Below, piece by piece: positions 26,101 to 36,781 of a DNA stretch of 64,000 nucleotides. The notes beneath the pieces are model-generated. The model made no database searches. It was given only the letters and a program-made list of their open reading frames with translations, and was not told the origin of the DNA. The DNA lies in contig NIVC01003610.1 in NCBI GenBank assembly GCA_002269645.1, positions 24,057 to 88,056 on the forward strand, given 5' to 3'. The stretch's first letter is position 1. The number at the start of each line of letters is the position of its first letter. A program made the translations under genes and the position numbers. Origin of the DNA: Macrostomum lignano. Its lineage: Eukaryota.

Positions 26101-27396
26101 GGTGTGCAACCGACAGCTCAGCCGCAGCTATTGCGCGGCGCATCTGAAGGCTGAGTACAGCTGTTCAGTTCAAGGACTGAGGGATTGCCACACACTTTCA
26201 ATTACCCCAGCTAATGCTGGCACCCATTTTACAGCTGGGTGAACTGAAGCATTGCAGAGTTAAGCGTCTAGCTCAAGGACACAAATTGTTCCGGGTGGAT
26301 CGAGAATCGAACCCCTGACCTTTCGGTCGTGAGTCCGATGTTCTAGCCATTAGACTATAACCCCCTAGTAGGCTACAACCCAAAGTTTTGTCTTGATAGC
26401 CGTGAGTTATCGGCGTCATTTTACTGTTGTTTTTCTCTTACCGGACAGGGGACCTCACGGCCAAGCTGGCTGTGACGGTGGCCGAGTACCCGATCCAAAG
26501 CTTGGAAGACCTGGTCTCCATGCCGCACTACAAGGCCATGGTTGCCCGGGGCACCAACATCTACGCGACTATCATGCTGGCAACTGACGGACCCATGGCT
26601 TTGCTGCGCAGGCAGATGGTTGTCGTAGACACAATGACTACCTGCGCTGAAACCGTGAGCTGATGCCCTGGTTCTTTGTTGGCTGTTCTGTTGTATAAAA
26701 TGCATGGGGTCCTAATTAGCTATAGATATCATTGATGCCGACCATTCCAGCTGCTGATTAAGGACGCCGACCCGTACATGGTGTGCATCTCGGACAAGAG
26801 CAGCAACTCGTTCTATGCCAGCGCATTCTGCAGCCAGGTGTACCAGGCCACCAGCCTTTTTAACTATTACTACCAGGCGATGACGTTTCCCAGAGATGCC
26901 TATTACCTGCCGGCGTTCGACTTGCTGTACGTTTTCTTCATTCCGCATTCCTTCTGGTTTTTATGCAATGCAAACAAACTGTACACATTCTGTGCGAAGT
27001 GTGTCGTTGCAGAGAATGATACGCCGAAATTAAAACTTTGATCTGAAGTGCAAAGCGGGGGTTTATTGGGGCTGATACCTCCAAGAAGGCCAGAAAAGCG
27101 AAAACCTGTGAATTCTCAAAACCATTAAAGTAGCTGACTCCTCCCAACTCTGCAGTCTTCAGCGCGGCAAGGAGAGCGGCGTCGTGGATGTTGTGACTCG
27201 GAAGTACGTCCCGCAGAGCAACGACTGCGGCGGCAGCAACGCGGCTGCTCAGGCGGCGGCCATATCGCTGGAGGGTGTCGGAGGCGCCTACATCATCTGC
27301 CTGGGCCTGTACGTGTGCGGTGGGCTCGTCCTGCTGGTGGAGCTGCTCTGGGTGATGTGGCTCGGGAAGCAGCCACTGGACATGCCAGGATACTGA
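23129..27396 (+). pseudogene. Ionotropic glutamate receptor-like copy 3 (13 exons), frameshifted in exon 4 (pseudogene or assembly error)
   Basis: Exons: 23129-23360, 23496-23636, 23719-23829, 23917-24096, 24163-24369, 24457-24615, 24802-25032, 25246-25343, 25432-25525, 25622-26036, 26449-26654, 26751-26926, 27156-27396. Exon 4 is 180 nt versus 182 in copy 2; two 1-bp deletions near 23991-24010 create an in-frame TGA. The rest of the gene is intact. Confidence 0.85.
26081..26365 (-). mobile_element. tRNA-derived CORE-type SINE, copy 3 (in intron 10 of receptor copy 3)
   Basis: Homology to the other three copies; absent from the equivalent intron of copies 1 and 2. Confidence 0.85.
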
Positions 27397-29044
27397 TGAG
27401 GGGCGCCGGAATCAATTAAGCTCAGGCTGGATTAATTCGTTTCAATCCAGTTTGCGATAAATAAACATTTGCGATGCTAATAGCTTGCACATTAGACTTA
27501 CACAATGAAAATTCACAATTCGCAATCAATAATTCGTTCACGTTGCAGTCGCAGCAACTCACTTTTAGAAGCTGAAATGTAAAAGTGGGCACCACGCTTT
27601 TTCGCTTACCTTAAGCTTCATTCTTTACATGCAGTTTCCCCAGCCTTGCAGAATTCGGACTCGTTTCCGGCTTAGTAACTGCAGCGCTCGCATCCCCAAA
27701 CGGACGTTGCTAGCTTTTGCTCAGAGCAGAATTCCAGTAAATAATATTAGTCCTCGTACACCGCACTCGTTCCACATCCGTGTCTCTCTCAAATGTATTG
27801 AATGCATTATAGCAATGTGGGAATGATGAAGCCGAGAAAAACTCACCAAGGCGAAATGCTTTGCTTAGGCCGAACGCGACCCGAAATTTGATGCCATGTC
27901 AAAGATTTTCGATAAAAAATGAAAACTCGCAAAAGCATTTGATCTGCACTGGCTGCATTTTACATCAGAAATGATTAATAAATAAAACATTCGCAACAGA
28001 GCTGTTGGTACAGGCGGAGAATGTATTTGACCGCCAGTGCGGTGACATGGAAGACGCAACGAGTTCCAAAATGAAAAGCTAAAACAGGAGAGCAGCAAAG
28101 CTTTGTACAGAGTTCGGCAGCCCCACAGCTCGCCAGCAATTTTGTTCGATTGGAGGTCGCGCACAGAGGAGCGCCAGAGATCGGAGCACAAAGGGACCGG
28201 CATGAGGAACTGCTCAGCACAGGTACTACAGGTAGCAAACAATATTAGTGAGCGAAACTAAATAAAAAGTGTAATGATGCATAGCAGTGAGTACTGAGAT
28301 CTACAAGCAGTAGCACGGATAGAGCAGAGCTTAGTTGCATAAAAATTGATTAGTAAAATGGTTAAAAAGTGTCAAATAAAAAACACAAAGGAAGCACATT
28401 GGACAAAAAGGACACAAACGAATGATTTGATTTGGCCTAAAAAACTGGCCTGGAAGATGGAGTGCGGCCTGCGCACAGCAAACCCTTGAGATCTGCGGTG
28501 CCCGAGCTTGAGGCTGCTCAGGTCTCAGGTCAGCGATTTGCGGGGAAGTGCGGCAGGCCATGGCATCAGCCGCTGCCAGCTGCAAGGAGGTCAAAGGAGA
28601 TTCGCAGCAGCAGGCTTGGCAGCGCGGACGACACGCCACAAGACGGCGACAAAAGTTCGCCGCAGGACAGAATGACAAGTAAAATGTAAAACAAGCCTTC
28701 AGTAGAATAGAAACAGCATTCAGCAGGTCTTTCAACGTAGTGAAAAGATTCTACGAGCTATTATGAAGTGAAGTGAGAGTAAAAATTTGTAAAACCACTC
28801 TGGCTTCGAGAATCAGTGAATAAGCCTATCATTGAATTTCTATTCAGACAGCGCGTCAGTAAGTTAATTCACTAATGAATTACAGCAGAGTAGCACCAGA
28901 TTCGCCCTACAGTTTACAGCTGTTGTCCACATGAAACAGCTCCACATTCACCCCGGAGTCACCCAATAGTCACCACAGAGCTACCCCACAGTCCCACAGA
29001 GTCACTTGAAAGTCACATTTGAGCTGGCTTAGGGTCCCCGCACA

Positions 29045-29550
29045 GTCACTCCATAGTCCCCATAGAGTCACTCTATAGTCCCCATAGAGTCACTCTATAG
29101 TCCCCATAGAGTCACTCTATAGTCCCCATAGAGTCACTCTATAGTCCCCATAGAGTCACTCCAAGAGTCACTCCATAGTCCCCGTAGAGTCACTCCTTAG
29201 TCCCCGTAGAGTCACTCCTTAGTCCCGTAGAGTCACTCCTTAGTCCCCGTAGAGTCACTCCATAGTCCCCGTAGAGTCACTTCATAGTCCCCGTAGAGTC
29301 ACTTCATAGTCCCCATAGAGTCACTCTATAGTCCCCGTAGAGTCACTCCTTAGTCCCCGTAGAGTCACTCCTTAGTCCCCATAGAGTCACTCTATAGTCC
29401 CCGTAGAGTCACTCCATAGTCCCCGTAGAGTCACTTCATAGTCCCCGTAGAGTCACTCCTTAGTCCCCGTAGAGTCACTCCATAGTCCCCGTAGAGTCAC
29501 TTCATAGTCCCCGTAGAGTCACTTCATAGTCCCCGTAGAGTCACTTCATA
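29045..29550. repeat. Minisatellite, 22-bp unit AGAGTCACTC(C/T)ATAGTCCCC(G/A)T, about 23 copies
   Basis: Tandem array immediately downstream of the claudin-like gene stop codon. Confidence 0.95.
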
Positions 29551-29586
29551 AGTCACCCAAGCCAGCCGCAGCGCAGATCCCTGAGG

Positions 29587-30368
29587 CTACACCAGGCTGT
29601 CCTCGGGCGGGGCCGGCCGCCGGGCCGCGGTGAACTTCTTGTCGATGCCGGAGGCCCCGGCCGCAAATTTGTCCGCAGTCTCGGCGTCGTCCTCGCCAAT
29701 GAGCTGCTGCTGCTCGGCGAACAGCAGCTCCTCCTCGGACTTTCCAACAAAGCGGATGACGGTGAAGGCCAGCGCGAAGAAGCTGGCGAAGTTGGCGAAG
29801 CAGGCGCAGGCGTAGGAGAAGCCGAGCCGGTTGTAGTCCGGCCGCGGCATCCACCGCCGGTCGAGGCTGTTCAGGCCCACGAAGATGATCTGGACGAGGA
29901 TGGCGCAGCTGGCCAGCAGGTGCATGGCGCCGCACAGCTTGAGCTGCTTGAGATTGGCCGGCAGCTCCTCGATGCGCCGCTTGGAGACGTAGCGGTGGCA
30001 GGCGAGGCGGCTGACGATCACTGTGGCGATGATGAGGAAGATGAGGGTGAGGATGGACAGCATCTGCACAGCGTAGAACCAGGGCGGGTTCAGCCAGCTG
30101 CGGATGTAGTAGTACTCGGGTAGTAGATGTACCAGCAGCCGTAGTAGGCCTTGGACACATAGTCCTCGGGGTGCAGGTAGCCTTTGAAGCAGGCGGTCCA
30201 CAGGCCGAGGCGGAGGAAGGTGCTCTCCATCTCCGGCTTCAGCTCGATCCAGTTGGGCGTCACGAAGGCCACAAAGTACAGGATGCAGGCCAGCACAGTG
30301 CAGACAAGCACGCAACGGAAGGCGAGGTCCCGAGGCAGGCGGGCCCCAAAGTTTGGTGCTGGTTGCAT
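29587..30368 (-). CDS. Claudin-superfamily tetraspan protein (invertebrate Kune-kune/Sinuous/Clc-like type), intronless, with a 1-bp frameshift at about 30120
   Basis: FVAFVTPNW...LGLWTACF...GCWYIYY + PEYYYIRSWLNPPWFYAVQ...RLGFSYACACFA gives the W-GLW-C-C signature and four hydrophobic segments. Adding one C to TAC-CC-GAG fuses the two ORFs into a 260-aa protein (782+1 nt). Confidence 0.85.
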
Positions 30369-32909
30369 GTTGTTGGTGCTATTCAGTCAGAGCAGCAAGA
30401 TGTGATGCGGTGGACTATTTGGCGTGAGATGAAAATTTGATTTACTGGAAACTAAATAAATATAAATAATAAATACTCTAGATATGATGTCTCCCAATCA
30501 AAACAATTAAATAATTTGTCTTTTCAGTTCTTTCGTGGTGGTTTTATTCTTATAGATACTATTTTTGGTTAAATACACGCCAAGCAATGCACTGGTATCT
30601 GCACTGATTTTGATCCAAATTTGACCTGTCTGGTCAATATAAATTTTCAATAAGTTGATAGCTTAAGCTTTAGTCTTGCTTAGGTTTTTATTTCCCATTT
30701 ATTGTTCAGTCCATTTGAGCTTCAAGGCAAATTAATAAATAAGTTTATGGTTAGTCAACCTATAGTTCATTTTTAGCTATAAAAATTAGACAAAATTTTT
30801 AGACAAAATTAGACAAAACAAAAAATATCACACTTAGTTTAGTTTGAGTTATTATTGGCATATTATATATTAGACCCTTATGATCTCCATAGAAAATTTT
30901 ACTAGGAAACAAAAAAATGCCCATTCAGAGTTTATCAAAGAAAAAAGGCTCCAACCTCAATAAAATCTGCCAGTGGCTTTGGCTTAATATGGTAAACTAT
31001 GAGCAGATCTGCAGATGTACGAGTATGAACAATGAACATACATCAAACAACAACACATTCAAAGCAGGAAAACCCAGGAGTATGCAGGGAAATCCAATTT
31101 TATAAACCATTATGGAACGCTAATACTGATCATGAGCCATGAGTAAATATAGGTCAAGTTTCTATAAATCTGACCCTTTTTTCTCTGTTGACTGTAGTTA
31201 TATATATGAAGAAGACTATAGATTGTTTTAACTAATATATTGTTATAGTATTCTTTAAAATATGGCTACCCTAATGCAACTAATGCAAGCAGTTATTATT
31301 GAAGAAGGCTAATAAAACAATTATATCAAAATTGCCATTTTTTACTCTCAGATTTAATTTTCTCAGAAAGCAGTGCACAGACATGGAAGCCGTGTTTATC
31401 TGAAGAAAATTATAGCGAAAATAACTTAGACTAAACAAAATGCTTAAGATACTCAAAATCAAGTAATATTTTATAGGTTTCGTTCGGTTATTTTGACTAG
31501 ACTATCGAATACAAGAGGCAGAGCTTATCATATTCCTTCCTTCGCTTAAAAATATCTACTTCCTGTCAAAGTCAAAAACAAAAACATCAACTATGCTTCA
31601 ATTTTACTAATACATCAAAGTATACCCTGTAGTTTATATACAAACTATAGATAAAATAAAAAACAGTGAGACATACATTTTTTTGGATATCTATTCAAGA
31701 GTTTTATAATCGTTATACTTATTCTAATGATATGCATTTAAAAATCCGACAAACTGCACGTGGCCCGCGCGCGGCGTAGCCGCGTAGGCCCGTAGGCATA
31801 GCTGGCTAAATGTTCAGACAGCGAATCACAATTACGTTGTTATATAGCTATAGTCATAGAAACGCCATTCAAAATTAGAATTTCAAAGCCTAAGCCACCA
31901 ATTTTTTTCCTGCTGGCTAGGTGCATCCATACAGTCAATCTTTTGTCCAATAACAAAGCTTGTCTCATTATCCTCAAGACCTCAGCTTTGATTTCACTTT
32001 CGTCTTTGTCATATAGTTGCAGCATTCCAATGCATCGATTAATCAATATTATAGTAGGCCTACTTCATGTAAATATAATTAAAATTAAACATCTAGGCTG
32101 TACTATAACTAGGGACTGTAGTCTGTACACTGTGGCAGTGTAGGTAGTGAGATTTTTAAAGTTATTTTTTGTTTTTGTTTTTCTTTTGATAAGTCTTATT
32201 TATTTCCATAATGATGATTGATGAGTAGGCTAATATGACACCTTTATAAAATTTTTAAAAATTGTTCAAATATAATAAAAAAGTTACAATTTTTTTGTTC
32301 TCTAAGACTAAATTTTCATTTTTGTAATACATTTTGCCTAATTAGCACAGTGACAATTTTTGCTCAAAAACTAATGAGCAAAAGCCTGAAGCTGAACCTG
32401 ATATTTCTATTTCTATTTGATGATATTTATGTTTGGATTACACATTGAAATGATTATATATTGAAGCTGATATATAAGTATCATCCAACAAATGCACTTT
32501 CAACTTTGCATATTTTTTGTTTTTATTTAATTTTTTAGTTTTAAACATGCACGCCATTTTCACTCTGTACAATTGAGCAAAATATAAAATGATCATAAAC
32601 CAAAATTGGTTAAATAGAAGGTGATCATAAACCAAAGGAATGCCAAAATTTCAGTTATGTTATATTAATTGTTAATCATACATGTGCAACCAACCCCTTT
32701 TGATTTACACTAGGCCTAGCTATGCAGTTTACCTTGTTGACTAAAAAATGATTTATCTAAGAAAGAAACTTTAAAGCAAAAATTAATGCAATTTTAGGTT
32801 AATAACAAGAGTAACTTTGATTGTCTTATTAAGGTTAAATGCCTTATCATCTAATTAGTTATATCTTTTTTTTGAATAAGCATTTTTGTTATCCGCTAGA
32901 AGTATACAT

Positions 32910-33067
32910 GCGCAACCTTGGGAATCACTCGGCCATTTCTATTGGCAACACACACATGTAAGTTGCTATTGGCTGAGAGCAGTCACGTGACTACTATTCC
33001 ATCCAATAGCAACTTACATATGTGTGTGTTGCCAATAGAAATGGCCGGGTGAATCCCTAGGTTGCGC
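32910..33067. mobile_element. 158-bp foldback/MITE-like imperfect palindrome
   Basis: Arm GCGCAACCTTGGGAATCACTCGGCCATTTCTATTGGCAACACACACATGTAAGTTGCTATTGG pairs with CCAATAGCAACTTACATATGTGTGTGTTGCCAATAGAAATGGCCGGGTGAATCCCTAGGTTGCGC; central GTCACGTGAC. Confidence 0.75.
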
Positions 33068-36000
33068 CCAAGCATGACTAGAAGCAATCATCATAATCAG
33101 TATATTAATAATAAATTTATTTTATTTTTTACTTTAACCACTTCTCATTATTTGTATTGCAAGTTTGTTATTTAATTTAGATAGTATTTGTATGTGTTGA
33201 CTATAAAATAACCATCTTGCTTTTTATTTAATCACTATAACAATAAAACTACCTTAAATTTTGTCAAAATTTCAAGTCTATCTACAAAGATTGATTGAAA
33301 AGAAAAGGTATTATATTAGCTTAGACTTTTATAATGACTTTTTCTATGTTAAACTTATTAATTTTTTGTTATCCCAAATGCTCTGTGTGAAGATCTGCAC
33401 TGACTCTGTTGGCTTATAGTGCATTAATATGAATTTTAATCATTCAGCAATGACTAGCTTCTTCTTTGGGAAAGTCTTCTAAATTATTAATTTTCTAATA
33501 TTTGCAAGTCTATTTCCTCTAGCTCCTTAGGCATAACACTGACAATCTGCACTATATTCATTTTGGCTTTTGCTAAAAAGAGGTCAATGACCTGCCAATT
33601 TTTAGCCATGTCTGTGAGATTATTGATGCAACTAAGAGCAGCAAAGCTTTGTAGCTAAGTTTCCATCATTGTGGGGTCATTTAGCTGCAGATTGTCTGCT
33701 CGCAATGCTATTGTTGTGCCATAGCAATAAGGAATACTCTTTGTTATCAGAGAGAACTTAGCTGAGCACAAGAAAAATATACAACTTTAAGTTATGGCCA
33801 AACTGGCCTTTATACTATCAAGAAACCATTGACAGTGATAGCATATGCTGCCTACAATATAGTGCAATCAAACATTTCAACTCTAGCCTATGCACAATAT
33901 GCTGCGTGTATGCTATGTATATTGGCAATGAATAAATATTATATATACAAAAGTCAGTGAAAGTCAATTAGCTGAGCCAGGCAGTGCTATATATATAATT
34001 TTAAGATTACATTTTACAAAAAAGCCATCTTTTTTAAAGAGATAGGGGACTAATATAGTTTAATAAATTGTCCTAGTAAAAGCCAAATAAAAAATTGTAA
34101 AAGTATTTTCTTTATAAAAAAGTATTTTTTCTTCTTTAAGGTTTTTTAGATATAATTGCATTACAAATGCAAAGTTATTTATGCTCAAATAATTTTTACT
34201 AAATTTGCCTTCTATATGCATATTGGTAAGCCATAAGACTTACTAGTTAGCAATGGGATAAATATTTGGAATATTAGGAATTGAATTGAATTAACCAAAT
34301 ATTAAGTTTGAACTATAAATTACAAAATTACTAATCTGTTTACAATGCCAAATTGTCACTATGATATAAGATAAAGATTTGGAAGAAGAGTTGAATAATA
34401 GTGTTGTGGCTCAAAATGAAAGGAAAAATTAGGGATAAATAGGAATTAGGGAATTAAATACTAAGAAGTTTGTTTGAAGAATTAAGTGTTGAAGGTTATA
34501 AGCTTGTTGCTTATAAATCACTGAAAGAATTAAGGATAAGAAAACATGTGGCATATATTAAGTAAAGTTAGATGCTTAAGCAATTATAAGCATGTTTTGC
34601 TCAGATTGAGCACTAAGACTTTAGGAGGCTTTGAGGCTTTAGGAAAAGTGGAGCATTAAGAACAAGTTTATGGAACATAGATACTAGGGCTCTGATTCCT
34701 ATAAACTTGGAAGAATGGAGTTGGGATTTGGTCTAGATATATTTCTTTAGACAAAAAGATGCATTCCAAAGTCAAGAGCTGCTAAAAAGAATAGGGCTTA
34801 TAGTCAAGATCATGTTATGAGTGTGCCAAGGTATACAAGGCAAAATGCATTAGTGCACCAAGTTGTGCCTGTGGTAAGTCTAAAATCTCCTAGCCCTTAG
34901 CTTACTTTAGCATAGACAAACATTCATCTGAATTAAAAAAAATTGAAAATATTTTTGATAAAGCTTTTATCCTTTATATATACTTGCAAAATAATTATTA
35001 AGCTTTATACTTCAAACTTTAACCTACATAAATTTTCTATAAAAATTTAATAAAAAATACTAAAGCTGAAGACTGGGATTTAATATAGCTAGTTATAGCT
35101 AGTCAAATGATCTAGCACTTGCAAAATAGTGCACTTGTGCTATATACCAATTATATATAAATGACTATATTTAGCAAGGCTAGAAGCATAATAAATATAT
35201 TATGGCCAGAGGTATAGTATTGCCATAACAATGTCAAGGCTAAATGGCTATCCATTGCCAAGGCTATGAGGTGGGAGCAGGTTTTGATATTTGTTAGTTG
35301 TTTCTTGTTGTTTGACACCAATAAGGTAGATGGTTTAGTATTTTGAACTTGTCTACATAGAGTTTGCATAATTCAAATTGGAAAATCTCATACAGTAGAA
35401 TTTAGCTCTAGTGATTATGCTTGGTTATTCTATTTACCAGGTCCTCAATTCTTGGGAGAGAGTAGTTAAAATTGTGGTGAAGCATAAATCTGGTGCAGTT
35501 GTTTATGACTCCTAATACCAAATTTAATATATAGTTATTTCTTTTAATGCTTATTATAAATAGCATAGTGCTGCCTCCATTACAATTAACATTATTAGTT
35601 AATGGAGTACCATAATTAAGTACCATAGCTAAGTAGGCTAAGAGCTCAATATTTTATATAGGCCCAACTGGCCACCTTGTTGCTATATAGACCATTGAAA
35701 AGTACCAAAAGCTATAAAGGAGTATGAGCCATAAGAAAATGCTCATAAGTTTAGGAATGGTAATAGGCTAAGTACCTAGATGTGTCACCTGGTTGAGGCT
35801 AGGTAGCAACAAGAGGCCCAATGTGAGCCTGTAATAAGGGGCCAATAACATAAAGAAGTAAAAAAACTATAGTTGTGTCATGTCCATCTGAACAGACAAT
35901 TTTTTTGATTGATCATGATGAAAACCTCAATCTCACCCCAATCATTGCAATTCCCTCATCCCAAAACCTGTTTTGTTCCTTCTCACCCCAATCCCAATAA

Positions 36001-36580
36001 ACAGCCCCTTTAGAAACATTCAGACCTGCAGCCCATTAACTTTCTAATGAAGGCCTGTGAAGGCCAACAAAGAATAAAGATAAGAAAGATGAAAGCAGGA
36101 AAAAATGGAGTAAAAGCTCAGGGGGCCAGATGCAATGCTAGATCATCAAGAGCCTTGGGGGCCAGATTGGAAGGCTTTTGGGGCTGGATCTGGTCCTGGG
36201 CTAGAGGTTTCTAACCCCTGGACTATTTAAAATGGGGCTGGCCAATGGCCATGATCTATATATATTATTTATTGAATTTATTTTTATATATTTATTACTT
36301 AATAATCAATATAGAGCAGCCTATAATTTATTTAGACCTTTGAGTAATTAATTTAAATAATTACTATACTGGCAATGAAAATTTTAAGCTCAATTATTTT
36401 TTTATTAATTAATTGAATAACTAGGAATTTACCTGTATTTTAATGTTTACAATTTTTTCCTTTCTATTTTTGGTTGATTAGGTATCAGTAACTGTAGTGA
36501 AATTGTGGTTGAGCTGACTGAGGATAGATCTGTCACCTGCTTTGCCCAATAGCAGCTTGCCAGCCAAGGTGGGTGTTAGG
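33068..36580. other. CpG-void, TpA-rich hypermutated block with decayed reading frames
   Basis: Visual scan found only 2 CpG in 3.5 kb (about 33701 and 33905) and none from 33907 to 36580, including GC-rich stretches such as 36100-36260. Flanking genes are CpG-rich. Confidence 0.85.
36010..36220. mobile_element. Mutated hAT-like MITE relic
   Basis: TTAGAAAC (36010) and GTTTCTAACCCCTG (36207) are inverted. The internal GGGGCTGGATCTGGTCCTGGGCTAGAGG reads as a CpG-decayed form of the GGGCCGGATCCGGCCC..GGGCCGGAGGTTTCCGACCCCTG subterminal motif I associate with hAT MITEs. The left end is imperfect. Confidence 0.45.
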
Positions 36581-36781
36581 CGCAATTTTCACATATTGGC
36601 TGATATTGCAAATTTGCAACCAGGATAAGGTGTTAGTGTGTAATTCTAATGCTAATATTTGTGCCAATTTAGCACCTTAGCTTTGGATGAATAACCCTGG
36701 AGGCAGGCACTATTGGCATGTTCTGGCCATGGGTAACAATGCAGTGGCGGTGGCTGAGCTGAGCTCATTGAATTGCATGCC

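Noticed and set aside
35430-35470. YSLPRIEDLV as a Gypsy reverse-transcriptase motif
   Set aside because: The expected flanking RT motifs (CVDYR.LN upstream; LDL..GY.Q and YxDD downstream) are not recoverable even after de-mutation.
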